A DNA stretch of 64,000 bases from contig JAYWIR010000032.1 of NCBI GenBank assembly GCA_036172245.1, positions 1,798,001 through 1,862,000 of the forward strand. The letters are read 5' to 3'. A program made the position numbers and the translations under genes. Source of the DNA: Raillietiella orientalis. Lineage: Eukaryota. The notes beneath the pieces are model-generated. The model made no database searches and was not told the origin of the DNA. It was given only the letters and a program-made list of their open reading frames with translations. Every line of letters starts with the position of its first letter. Position 1 is the stretch's first letter. Shown one piece after another: positions 49,581 to 62,449 of this stretch.

Positions 49581-51479
49581 TGAGATTTTCAGTCGCTTAC
49601 TCTATGTAGCAGGTCCTATGTAGATAGGCGGCTCTGCTTCAAAAATGTATGGAAAGAATACAGGTGATTCCTCTGCACAATGCACAACCTTGCCTACTGC
49701 AGCTGGCGACAAAAACCCTTGCAACAGCACGATGTTTCAGTAAGGGAAATTCGAGATCGCATCAGATCACTTTGAGGAAGTAATGCCTTCTGTGGAATTC
49801 CTATTTAAGATTCCCTACTGACCTTTGGCTCTGTGCTTTATCGTTTCGTTTGAGCGTACAGTTCTAAGAGTGACAGTCTTTTAAGTGCAAGGTGCGAGGA
49901 AACACTTCCTTTCCTTTTTATGGAGTCGATTCCAAACCAAGGTCTCGTCTTAGGTGGCTGCTGTTGTGTTGTCACTTCCTGAGTCCTACACAGGCATCAC
50001 CGTTAATATGCCAGCAAGTTTTCGAGCTACTTCTCGTACTGGTTTTCCCCTTAGAGAGAGAAAATGCGTCTGCCACATTTTGCCATGGACTTAATTCATC
50101 TCTCTGCTAAGATCCTTTCCGAGCTGCATCCCTGATTCTTAAACTTTGCTCACGGTTCCTTCACCGAACTCTTCCTAAACACTTAAGTGTTTTCTGTTTT
50201 CCTTTGCAGATCGTAAAGGAAGGAGGGGTAGATGCTTGGAGCCCGCTATATATTTCTGTGTGTCGTATTTCTGCGCGATATGTATCCATCATTGGCAACT
50301 TCTTGAATGCCCGCTGAGAATCCAAAGCCTCCAAAGAGATGTGCTTGCTTCAGATCGTTTTCTCTCTCATCATCAAGGATGGGACAGGCACATCTCTTCC
50401 CATTTGACGTCTGAAGTGAAGGTCTCCACCTCCGACACCATCATCGAAAGAGGTGCTTTCACAGTCACATCCGGAGATTCTCGTTAGAGGAATTCTCAGC
50501 AACTTTCCTCTACGAGCTGGGTGGGATGCATACGAAAGGTAAAAATTCGCCCTCAACCACATCGAACTGTTCTCCTCTCCATACTGATTCTCAATTCGTT
50601 GAGACGGAGGAGAGGCGAACAGAGAAATGAAAGAATTGACTGGACTCCCTGGGAGATCTGGTTTGATTAGTCTGCTGATCTCTCGAAGAGTCCAGTGCCT
50701 ATTGACTATACGCTACTCCGTGCGACACTTCGGGAACAACCCTGATGACTCTGTTCAGATCACAGAAAAGTGACTGTTCATCAGGAATTTTCAATGCCAA
50801 ACATTTCCTGAGTTCGAAGGCATGAAGTCTGCCGAATTCTTTCTGAGGTGAACATTCGACTAAGGGTCTGCCCCAACTTATGGCTGTACAATTCTTCCGC
50901 TTGCCGATGCCTTCGCTGTCCCAGCTGCCATGTCGCATATCGTTTCCATCTCCGCGAGTGCACCCTACGAGCTTCCTTAGAAAGCATTGCCGGAGAGATG
51001 CAACATTTTTCCATCACCGGAAAATTTTGCGTCCCCCTTCTCCTGGCTGAAGCAGAGGGTTTCTTGAGGAGTCACCTGGAGACTCATTTCACTGGGATCT
51101 CGGCGGACGAACTCAGTCTGTATGGATTCTCCATTCTCCGCCTACTCCGTTATCCTGCTCCACTCTGTTATCCACTTGCTGCTCTTGCTGCATCTGGTTA
51201 CAGAAATCTCTGAAACGCAGACATCCAAATACGCTGTTCTTATTGAATTTCGTTCGTTCTGAATATGGGGAAAAATGTGTTTCGTTTTGCACCTCCCCGA
51301 GAGACCAGGGTGGATAGCGGATCGCCACTCGTTCTATTGGACTCGTTCTGGGTGCTGCCCTCCCCTCCCACAAAAAACGGGAGCGCCATTAAAAGCGCCG
51401 TCAGAATGAGGTTCATCCAGAATCACCATGGTAAGCACCCCTGATAAATCAAATATCTCCTATGGCAAGTCAGTGAGTG

Positions 51480-51790
51480 CTGCGGACTGCACCAGCGAAT
51501 ATGACCGCTAGGCACTCCACTTGCGTTCCTTTCGTCCACTCGTTGGCCCGCTTCCAGAGCTTCAGATGAAAGTCAGCCACATCAGGGCAATTCCGAAAGC
51601 ATCTTCTACGAAGATGCCACTGCCAATGAACCCGCCGCGCCGTTGGACTGATGACTCGCATAGAAATGACCTCTGACTATAGCATTAGCTAACTGAAGCA
51701 GAATGACGAGAGGTAGCGCTCGCATAGACCGTGTGCATAGACGTAAGACTCCATCACCAATCAGCACACCGCAATCAAAATTTCGCACGT
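51480..51790 (-). mobile_element. Possible RTE-like LINE 3' fragment
   Basis: LRLCTRSMRALPLVILL followed by RRVHWQWHLRR and WKRANEW resemble RTE MRxLRxIL...RRLRWxGHxxR...GKR motifs. Confidence 0.35.
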
Positions 51791-54700
51791 TCCGTCACGC
51801 ACACGGTTTCCTCGCAGCAGCTTGGAGATGCGTGCAGACTCCCTCCGAGGGATGGGGGGTCCGATTGAGGATCGCATCAGCACGGTCCCCTTTGCGCCTT
51901 TCTTCTGGAAGCTGAGGACTTTTATCTTTGAAGGACGTCGTGGAATTGCTCTGTTGCATGATCCCATACTTTTGAGTGCTTGTGGGCAAGGTACTTTCGT
52001 GTCCCATGATACAATCGAATCAATCATTTTCCGTAAGGAAATTTTATTTTTCAAAGCTGTAGCAGCAGCGACTTCCGCAGCTCCTCTCGTGTTTTTTTAA
52101 AATGCCATGCTGGAAAGCGTACTTTCCGATTCCTGGACGGAGTTATGTAGACGACGTACCCTTTGTAGAACAAAAAAAAAAAAAAGTCGTTATCCCTAGA
52201 TATGCTGTAGATGCTGTTCGCTTAACTCCAACTTCGAAACCATCCATCAACTGGAAAATCTTAGCAATCTCCACAAGAGAGCTCTTATTGTTGAATATTT
52301 TACATAACTTTGATTAAGATGCAGTAGGTTTGCTTTTTTTCGAGATCCCGTGTAGGCTGGAAATCCATGAACTGTGATCCCGCATCTCTTGCGCGAGCTC
52401 TCTGACCACCACATTTACAGTCCTAGATTTCACAGCTACCTTCTCACAGACGGTCCCTAGCTGAGGAAAGCAGAGCGAGCACGAAGCCACTGTCTCCTTT
52501 GAAATCCTCTGGCTCCCATATATCGCGTCACTATGATCCTTCTTTTGGTTCGTTATCAGTGAACAGTCTGAGGTCCCGACATCAACTTGGCCGCATCGAG
52601 CGATAACCCATGTGACCACCAAACGATGATTATCGTAGCAGAGGGTCAGAAGAGCTCTCCGAAATTCCTCTTCATACCACAAGATCAGGTGCGTGTCACG
52701 TGCCGCCGACATCACAGAGCACTGCTAAGCAGCTGAAACACCTTGTACACTTCCGAGGAGCGTACTGCTGTCAGCGCGACCCAGTGTTGCAGTCAGCCCT
52801 CCTAGAGGTGCTGCAGGGATCCTCCACCATCATGAAATCTCACTTTTAGAGGATAGGACGAGCGTCTTTGTTATGAGTGGCTTCTAACCGACTTGACCAC
52901 TCTGGCTGGCTAGAATCTTCGAGACAGCTGAAGTGTGATCTCGGGTCACTCATGAAAAAAGCCAAATTGTTTCTTTCACTGCAATCTTACGAAGGGCATA
53001 CGCACGGAGATGGAGCACAAGGAGAGAGGCGCCACTCTGGTAGCGTTCGAGAGAGATTTCTTTCAGGATCATTTCCGGATTCCTGCAAACACGCCAAGGG
53101 ATTCTTGCACTTATCTCTTTCCTACCAAATCGGCAGACTTGGGTTCCGATCTCTCACTATGAGCGCAGTGATAAATGGAGCGCGCAAGAGCGACGATCGG
53201 CGATAAATTGATCGCTGGAGAGGAACAGACGCCAGTTCCTTCACCGCTCCCTTGTTCCTTACGCGGGCGACTTCGAGTGCTTCGCTGTTGCTTCGGTCTC
53301 TGGTTTACGTTCGCTGCCTTTGGGGACATGCCGAGAGTGTCATGCGGTGGGGGTGAAGCGGAGTTTTTCAAGTTTGTCCACGTTTTCAGCTATCAAGCTC
53401 GTCTCTTTGACGTTTCCTCCCTCTGACTGATTCATACATCCTGGGCCGTATCTTCTGGCTATCTCTCGCCACAGGGGACTCACTTATGGAAAGGAAAGCA
53501 CCAGAAATTCCCCATTAAAGCTAAGAGTCCGGATGTTGCACAGAACAACGCCTTCATCATTCCTGAAGTACGACTTAGACCAGAAATAGAAGTACGACAT
53601 GCTGTCTATCTGAATCACATCCCCTATTTTGACCAGAGATGACAGGTTTCCTTACTGAGAATCGCTGCTTGCACCCATTGATTGGTCCTTTTCCTGATGC
53701 TAATATCTGCGGATTTGGTCGGAAGGAGGAAGGAATTGCCTATCCTCGAGGAATGGAACTGTGATGCTGCAAAGTCCGAAAGAGTCAGGATAAATCTACG
53801 TTACTGGGGAGAATATACACTGCGAAGGAGCTACGGCACTTCAGGATGCTGATTCGCTTGAGCTGGAGTTTGTCATGGCACGAGAATTAAATTCCACTAA
53901 TGTAGAAATGATGTAACGAACATGTCAATTACTGCAACGAGCTCGGTTCGGGATGAAAAGTTCCCGAACGAGTTATTCATTAAGGCATTCAACATTGGCA
54001 GCATTACTAGTCCATCGGCAGCGCCCAGGAGGAGGCTCGCGAGATACCCGTATGCTCTGCTTATCCGGGATTCAATTGTTCGTATAGTGCGTTCGAAACT
54101 CTGTTCGCAAAGCCACTCTTTGGCAAGGAAGAGAAATTCTTACGCAACACTTATGGAGCTCATCCACAACCCAACGGTTGGAAACGCCCATCCCGCAAAT
54201 CGGCAAAGAGTAAGGGAAATCTCTAATGGCCAAGCAAGTGTTTCCTTGCTCCGGCCACCGTGCTACACTCCACAGCCTGGTACCAAATCGATGGACAGTT
54301 TATTTGTCGAGTAAAGATTGTGACATTTCCGATGGCTTTAGGCTGTTGGTGCTGCCTCCCACCCAGTAAAAGAGAGTTCTCTGATTCTCTATCCTTCTTT
54401 ACTATTTCGCATGTTGCGTTCAAGTTCCAGCCCGTTGCTTATGAATAAGACAGAACTACGTTTAAGGATATTTTGAAAGACTCTGAGAAGATCTTCCTAA
54501 AATATTTCCTAATCACTTAATTTTCGAAACTTTAGGAAAGATAATAAGATTGTAATACGATGAAACTTTACGATAATGTCAAAAAAAATTTTTTCTTCAC
54601 ATATTTACACATATATGAAAGAAAATTTTTTAACGGCTTCCTGGTCCAAGGAATTTTCTTGCCTACTTTCGATGCCTACCGATGGTCTGGTTTTCTCCTC

Positions 54701-55502
54701 GATACCATACTTTTTGCGACTAGCGAGTGCTAGCATCACAAAACCTGCAGTCTGGCTGACACCCTCTGACTACAAAAATCTCTTTGACTTTTCGGTGTCA
54801 GGAGCTGCCAAAACATGGTTCTACAAGGGGAATTAACTGAGAATTCTTTGACCCGTAGGGTTTTCCTATAGGGTCACTAAGCTAATCTAAATAAGGAATT
54901 CTCATCACTCGAGATGCTCATTTGCATTGCTATTGTAAAATGTCATTCTGGGTCACTTCTTCATCGAGGTAAACGCACCTCGAATCAACTGAAACAACGC
55001 TTGCGCAAAGTTTATTTTTAAAGTTTTTCTGATTCAGTGTGTGTCTGTGTTTTTTTTTAAGTTTAAATTTTATTTGAATTGCACTTTCACCCACGACTTT
55101 GGACAGTATTAATCCAGAATGTTCTTTTCCGAAGCTATGGGTGACTTCCTGGTCGCTACGAGCGGATGATGCTTTGTTACACGTACCAGGTTGATGACAA
55201 GGATTTACATGCACTCGTAATCCGAGGCCACCAGAGTTAACCGATCAAGTCATGCCCTATGAGTCCACTCGTCTTCCGAGTTAAAACGAGAATCCGTCAT
55301 AAATCAGAGAGCCGAATCCAGCGCACATTTTTCCTACTGGCATGTTTATCGATCGTGCACGAATTCGTGTTGAGAGTGCACAAAAAACGAGCGCCAAATG
55401 CTCAAAAGTGGCATCTGGGTGGGTCAAGTAATAGAACTTAGCATTTTCTGCGCTTTGTTTCCTTCGGAGGAGGCAAGTGAATTCTGTAGTGCGAGCAGCC
55501 CG

Positions 55503-56020
55503 CCTCAAGTGGGGCAATCGTAAAGAGCCTTGACTCAGCGGGCCGGTTTTCATGTCGCTCGCTCCTATGACAATAGGAAATGCGCGAGGGATAAAAACCG
55601 AACTCGGTCAATACCAAGGTTAACCAACGAAGCTGCAAGTCCGCGTCTTCCGCCAAAGTTCTCTTTGCTCGGCGCACGTGGATCGCCGGCGCCCTCCGGG
55701 GCCGAGGTGCCAACCTCGCTGATTTCGAGCACGAGCGTTCGCGCAGTTCGAAAAAGCGCGCGCGCTCCGCGAACGGGCGCCGCGCCCTGACGTCAGCGTG
55801 CGCGATCGGCACGGCGGGCAACAATGCATTCTAAAAATGGAGGGCGAGCGGCTCGGAAGCGGCTGGAGTCGCGCCGCTTCCGGCTTCGCGGCGTGACGTC
55901 TAGCTGCTCGGGCAGCACGGCGGGCAACAATGCAGTCTAAAAATGGAGGCCGAGCGGCTCGGAACCGACCCGTCTCGAGCTTGTCTTTCTAAATCATGTG
56001 GCGAAATGTAGCGCGGCTGG
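55503..56020. repeat. Right arm of the long inverted repeat, with about 1.4 copies of the 106-bp unit
   Basis: cctcaagtggggcaatcgtaaagagcc... is the reverse complement of ...ggctctttacgattgccccacttgagg ending at 49580; the outer ~90 bp are more diverged. Confidence 0.95.
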
Positions 56021-57479
56021 AAGTTGCTCATCCTGTGATAAATAAACCCAAATTTGGCTTCTGGTCGGAATGCAGTCTTCTTGCAGAAGTCACTGATCAG
56101 AGGCTCGAGCTGTCTCTGTTCAGCAGCGAGCCCTTGCTTTCACTGCAACTCGTTCGCGCATCCAAAAGGGAGGAAGTGGGATTGGCACCTCTGCACAGTG
56201 ACGATGCTTTTCGGTACATTATTTACATGCATGATATGAGCGTTCTCACCGCTCTTCCTATTCAGCGGACTCCACCCTTCGATCTTTTCGCTTTCATCCC
56301 GTTCCCATAGAACCGACACAAGCATGCCTGCTATTCCACTTCTTGCAAACCCACATGCAGTTACTGGATGCTAAAAGCAGCATGCTTCTCGAATTACCAG
56401 TCAAGCAACAATGCAGCAAGATTTGTGCACGTATTCGTGGCTACGCGACAAGAGCATGCACAGGCATTAGGGGAAGAAATCGTGACAGCTCCACTGAGTT
56501 ACCCTTGAAACCAAGACGCCAGCGTCTTTTCAACCAACTGCCGGAAGGTGAAATTCGCCACGAAAGTCCTCCATCCGAACGGGGCACACGAAAAATCACT
56601 TTCCCGTGATTGGAAAAAAAAGACGCTCAAACAGCGCTCCAAGAAAACACATGCCTCTGGTTCGCAGCTGCTGTGAGATGCTGTTTCCTTTATCCTTCTT
56701 CTCTGTATCTTCTTCCAAAACACATTGTTGCAACCGTGATCAAAAAAGTTACACGGCTCCACCGCTCAGAGTCCCGACATCGAGGCGATCCGTATCCGCA
56801 TGGAGCAGACGATGATAACTTCCTGTTTTTCCCGAACGCGCCCGCGAACTGAGTCGGGATTTTCGTCGCTGATGAAAAGCGGCTTTTGACAAATAGCATG
56901 TGTTGGAAGCGGCAGCGGAGAGTTTTAACGAGATACAGCAATTCGGAATGATTTTTTCGTATGATAACATTCTATTGCGGGAACGATTGGACGGAAACCG
57001 TTGCAAGTGGACGTTGGTCGGGCAAGGTTTCTGGAAGGGAGAGGAAGAAAAATTTAATTTTAATCACACGAAAATGAGCAGGCGAAGGAGAACGATTCCG
57101 GTTTTCCCCTTGGGTAGCATCACAATAGCGGAATCAACTCTGAGTGTGCCGCTAGCATAGGAAGATGAACTCCCTAGCTCAGATAGGCGAGTCATCTACG
57201 TAGAATAAATAAGCAAAGAGGGGGAGGACCCGGGAATGGATGGGAACTGCGAGAGGAAAGGGATTTCCAGAAATTTCGCCCGATCTGTCCCATGGTTCCG
57301 TCTCCGTGTTGTGCGCCTCCCCGGCCACAAACCTGCCTCTTGCCATCCAAGATACGCCATGCTCCTCTCACCCAGACTCTTGTTGCTTGGGGTGCGTTCG
57401 GACAAGAGGCTCAGTTCCAATACTAGGTTTCCTGGATGACAACCGTCCGACGTGAAAAAAGGCCCAGTAGATCAATGGG

Positions 57480-58330
57480 AGTGGGATGGATCGACGTAAC
57501 GGTGACGGTCCACGACGGCAGACGCCGGCGTCGGCAAGGGATGGCAGGGAGGGAATGTCCCCCGGTACAGCGTGGTCTGTCCACAGCTGCCCCGAGGCAG
57601 TTGGAGCGAGGATGACGACGAATGTCCTCCTATGTCGGCAGCCGCGCTCTTCTCACACCGAGGCTTCCGCTACTCCCCGCAGGTAACAGAAGCGAGAAGA
57701 CCACCTGTGAGTCCGAAGTTTTCGTTTCATCAAAGTCTTGGCAGCGGACGACCGCAAGCGGCGCGTACTTTGCCTTGCAGGTGACTCTGTCGACCTCGGA
57801 CTGGATGTCGGGAGGGTCGATTTCGGCAGTGTGAGTTGCCGAGTGAGAAGACGACGGTGGTCTCGAAGACTTTCGTTCCAGCTTCGACCCTGTGCGACTG
57901 CCTCGGCAGCTTTTCCCTAGCCGGAGCCTTGAGGATGGTGCGCACAGAAATGGCAGGCAGACCTGAACGGCTCTGCCTTCCCTATCTTTCGGCTGGCAGA
58001 GCACCATGTTCGAGCCTTGGCAGGTTCCGTTTCCTCGAGGAAGAGCAAACGGGAGGAGACGAGAAAGGCTGAGGCGTTTCCAAGGATGGGTTCTCCTGGT
58101 GCGAACCGAGGAAGAGGCTGCTCGCTGACCTGGTGGGCGGAGGGAGAGTTTGCGCCATCCCAGGCAATCGGCTGTGGAGGGCGAGAAGCGAGAAGTCCAC
58201 CGGCGAGTCCGAAGAGCGGGATGCATCATTTTCGCATGCTGCTGAAACGCAGGTCCACAGAGTCTGGCGTATCCCGAGAGCACGCGAGGACTATTCTTGC
58301 AGTACTGTGATTCCTTGAGTGCCGTCGAGG
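57480..58330 (-). mobile_element. Degenerate LINE ORF2 fragment (CR1/L2-like, downstream of RT)
   Basis: EIDPPDIQSEVDRVTCKAKYAPLAVVRC...VFSLLLP resembles IDxxLxFxxHVxxVxxKAxxxLxxxxR...YxSLxxP; RTWCSAS lies upstream in another frame. Confidence 0.4.
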
Positions 58331-58839
58331 AAGTGGCTGGCAATGGTCCGCTTGAAGGAGACGCCCCTATCGTCTCAGATCCTTACCAAGAAGACATTTG
58401 CCACAAATGCTTCAAAATAACGTTGCTCTCCAGTGTGTGTGGGCACGTTTAAGCTGTTGTCTTCTAGAAATCCCACGCAAAGGCATTATTCGGACGTCTC
58501 TTCACGCATGGCGGGATGTCGCCTGGCGCGACGATCGCAGCTTCGTGCTGCATCCGCGCATTCTCAGCGGCTGGAAGCCCCGATGGCAGAGATTGGAACA
58601 GCAGAGAAGCCACCTCCTTCGTTTTCTCGTTCCTTAGAATCGAGATAAGATGCCTGCTGAGGCAGGGGGACTAGCCGGCATCTTTGAGAGGATGCAAAGT
58701 TCACCAGGGAGCTATCTGCGATCCTTTACTTTACCCGCCCTCAAGACATTTTGAAGCCATTTTTTGATTGATATTTATTTATTTCTTGTTTATCGCCTTT
58801 ACCCCTAATTTCCCTGCTCTTGGAGGTCGTGTGGGTACA

Positions 58840-60635
58840 GTCTCCGCGCGTTGTACCAAGCGGGTTCGAATCCTCACGTGGAGGGTCGACGCCGAGAAAT
58901 GGGTGAGTCATGGGCTCCGAGTCCTCCTCGAATGATGGCACTGTTTGACCTGTGGGTTCCATGCTCGGCAGTGGTTGACACCCGGTCACGCCGGGACGTT
59001 TATTGATAAAATAAACGTACACATCTGTGGCAGAACGTTTGATCCTGCCATGTTACTCTTAAATACGGAGAGGAACCTGCCAGGAACTGGCACGCAGGAC
59101 AGCGGGGTTCGTCTCAGCAGCACATGGGGAGGGGATACAAACAAAAAAAAACAAAAATGAGACAAAACACCTACAGTCAGAAAAATGGGGGGCTGGGGAA
59201 GGGACCACCGGGTGCTGGCGGGCGTCCTCTACCTCCTTGAAAGGGTGCCCGCAAGTTCCTGTTTTATGGTTCCCAGATGGGGCTATCTTGACGCTGTCCT
59301 CATGAAGAGGACAGCAAAATAGATGGCGTCCCTGTCGGTGTTTTCTCCTCTGGCGTTGCTCCATGCAGTCACGATTCCTCATGGGCAGCGCAATGCTGCT
59401 GGGGATGCGACCTGCCGGCGTGAGGATGTCGCGCAGGAAGAGGCGCTTCAAAACGTCTCTGGTGTTGCCGTCGGGTTTCTAAGGGTCGCAGCAAAGCGTC
59501 GGGAGGCCAGAGGGCAACACAGCCTACTAGAAGGTGATTCTTGAGGCGATATTCTCGCTCCCTGCACCTAGCACAGCTCGGATCCACTCCCTCCCTCCAT
59601 GTCCATTGATACCACGGGTGTTCCACGGGAGGTCCCAGTGCATCATCATCAGTGCCAACTCCTGTCACTTGAAGGGGAGAATGCGAGTATTCATGAGCAC
59701 CAGGGGCCACGGCAGACCTTCATCCTCAATACCCAGTAGCATGCCCGAGAGCAAAAGTCCGCGAAGTCGAGCACTCGGGGTCGCAGCGTCGGTGATCTGA
59801 CCCGTCGTCCATTCGTCCTGTCCTTTTCTCCTTCCGGAGATTTCCACAATAACCACCCACCTAACCGCCAGACTGCTGCCCATGTGTTCCCTAAGTGGAG
59901 ACAGCGCGGTGTCCAAGGGGCAACACACCTTTTTGCCCAAGCACTGTTCAAGGGATTTTCCAGGATCTCCTGGAGCGTGAAGTTACTGTTGCTCGCATTG
60001 GTGGAATGGGTGTGTCACTGATGGAAGCTGGTAACTGGATGCCTCCGTTACTCAACGGGGGCATCCTGACTTGAAAGTTGACCCTCCGGAGGGAATCAAG
60101 AAACCGGTTCCCTTCGGGTTTCTCCACTGACTGTGAAAATGGAGCTCTTCTCCCTCTCTATGGGTGAGCGACCCTCCATTGCGTTCCGTGGAGCTGGTTG
60201 ATACCTCTCCAGAGTGTCAAGAAATGCACTGTTCCCATCGGGGAACTATCCTTTAGAGAAATTCAGAAGCGTCCCTTCGGATTCTCCTGAGAAGAGGAAA
60301 CTGGGCGCGGTCTCCTTGTGGGGGTTCCCTCCAGAGAAGGAATTCCTCGAGCGGATGCTTTCCGGTTTCCCTTTCGGAGAAGAAACGGGTTACGGTTGCC
60401 TCCGGAGGATCCGAAGGGAGAGATTTAAGAAAGAGATAATAAGGGAGAGATTCCCTTCGGGGTTCCCTGAAGAGTAAGAGGAACAGACTCCATCTTCTGG
60501 TGTCCTTCCTGAATCGTAGGGTGGTCTTTACGGGGTTACCCTCTATGACTTGGAGAGTTGCACGCACTTTTTGGTGTCGTGGACAGCATTAAAGAGCTTC
60601 GTGAACTTCCTCTAAGGAAGAGAACGGTTCTTCAT
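58840..60635 (+). mobile_element. SINE-like family A, copy 4: head (58840-58910) and body (60050-60635) separated by a LINE fragment
   Basis: B box ggttcgaatcc at 58863 followed by gacgccgagaaatggg; body blocks gaaagttgaccctccgg and tggagctggttgatacc from about 60070. Confidence 0.6.
58960..59700 (-). mobile_element. 3' fragment of non-LTR retrotransposon family B
   Basis: VDPSCARCREREYRLKNHLLVGCVAL zinc knuckle; aagcgcctcttcctgcgcgac and catgaggacagcgtc are shared with the 19.5-kb copy. Confidence 0.7.
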
Positions 60636-61099
60636 TAACCCTCGAAAACCAAAAAACTGCCCTGAGCAACGATATCCTCCAAGACTTCCTGAATCAGAAG
60701 GATTAAACTCTTACAACGGAGGGAAAACTTTATGTGACGTTTCATTGTGAAAATTTGATTTTGCCCTAAACGCTTCGGCGTGACTGGATGAAAAAGCGCG
60801 CAGAGATCGTGCCGGTTGCCCCACGTTCCAGATGCCCGTACGCTCCTGGATGTCGGTTGCAAACTCTTCCAGCTCAGGAGCTGTTCCCACGAGCTGGACC
60901 ATCTCTGCGTCGAGGACCCTCTTCCTCTTGAAGCTTGGGAAGGAGACGAACCGCTACCTCTGGAGGACGCAGTCAGCTTCCAGCAGCCAGCTACGGAAGC
61001 ACGGGTCGAGGCCGAGGTTGTCGGCGAAAGAATTTCTGCAAGGCGGTGGATACCATCAGTCGATCAGCGACCTCCCGATACTTCTCCTCTCTTTCTTCT

Positions 61100-62430
61100 T
61101 TCTCTTCCCTGGAAAAGTAGACTGAGGTGGTCGGCCCCTATGAGGGAGGGGTCACGCCCCATCCTAGCGCTACGGGGGTGGAAGTATCCAAGCAAGAGGT
61201 CTGTATGCAGGCTGCACTTCACTCAGCACTGGTCCGTTAGCATCTCCAGGGCAACGGGATCCTCGTCTTCAACGCGCACCCTTACGGTGGCGCGTGAGAG
61301 AGTTCGGCGAGAGCCAAGCAAAAAGACGAGCGACTGGCTGCGATGGACTGTGGCGACCCTTCTTTCGCTGAGCCACCGGAGCATTTCCTCTTACAGCGTC
61401 TCGCTCAGGCAAGTGACTGCCCTGGAAAGCAAACACTCGTGAATCTCCTGTGGCTCCACAAACTCTCACGCCTGGGGCGAAGAGGAAGGAGGAAAGTGGG
61501 CTGAGATCATTGCCTGGAGAAACCGCCTGCCTGTAGCTCCTCAGGAATGCCACAAGAGCAGCAGTAAGCAGCGAGCCATCCAGGATGGCCTGCCCAACAG
61601 CCATCTCCTTCTCCACAGCGGCGTCCTCCAAATTCGAGATCCATGACGTCAGCCCATCTGCAATGCAGGAGACTTCCTGCCAAGTCTCGGCTCGCAGGAA
61701 CCCCTTGGTGGCCGCATGGAGCATCAGCTTGCTGACGTACCATCAATCCTTCCAGAGGACTTCTTTGCTCTCCGAAATTCCGGCCGAGGAACTCGAAGTG
61801 CCCTCAGTGGCGACGGACAACTCGTTACTCCCAATCAGGTGGGCAGCAGTCGGAGCTGCTGATGCTCCGTTGTGGCCTTTCCGTGCATAGAGCGCTGCTG
61901 GACGAGGGGGGTGTCACACCGAACTGCGCATATGCGGGGAGATGGGGTCATTCTCGCACCCACCAGTGCGTTGCGTTGCCCTCCAGGAATTGTGGGAACG
62001 TTCCTCCTCTTCCCTTATTGGGTAACTTCACGGATGCAGAGGAGAACCTCTTGGTGCCTGGTCGCCAGTTGCCGCCGTCGCAGAGCCGTTGCTGCCTACG
62101 CGAGGGGTTCGCCTCCAGGAACGACGACAGGAGACAACAGCATGGCAGAGGATGCCATCCTTTTTGTCATTCGGTTCCTCAAAATAGCATATCGAGATGG
62201 TCCCACCTGGGAAGAGCTCCTCAGCATCCTGCGAAAGATGAAGAGGACCCAGCACAACGGGACTGTGATCCCTTCGTACCCATCCCTCCTCCCACACTTT
62301 TGAAAAGTAAAAACAGCCCTTTTTGCTTTTTTTGTTTGTTTTTTTCCTACTCATCCCTCTCCTTTCCCGCCGAAGATCTCGTCAGCACCCTTGAAGGATT
62401 TGTTGCGACGCGACGTCCGGGTGTCACATC
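61100..62430 (+). mobile_element. Longer, more diverged relative of family B
   Basis: Frameshifted knuckle CA(Y)/CGEMGSFSHPPVRCVAL; DAILFVIRFLKIAYRDGPTWEELLSILRKM resembles DAMYFAVFFMRTASKRSHPGTLTQELSSILHRM at 19.7 kb; upstream KRKEESGLRSL resembles the K..GGLG motif of L1/Tx1-type ORF2; T-rich tail. Confidence 0.5.
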
Positions 62431-62449
62431 AGAAAGACGAACATGCTGA

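Noticed and set aside
62140..62250. Death-domain-like motif PTWEELLSILRKM
   Set aside because: Better explained as the C-terminus of the family B retrotransposon ORF following the zinc knuckle.
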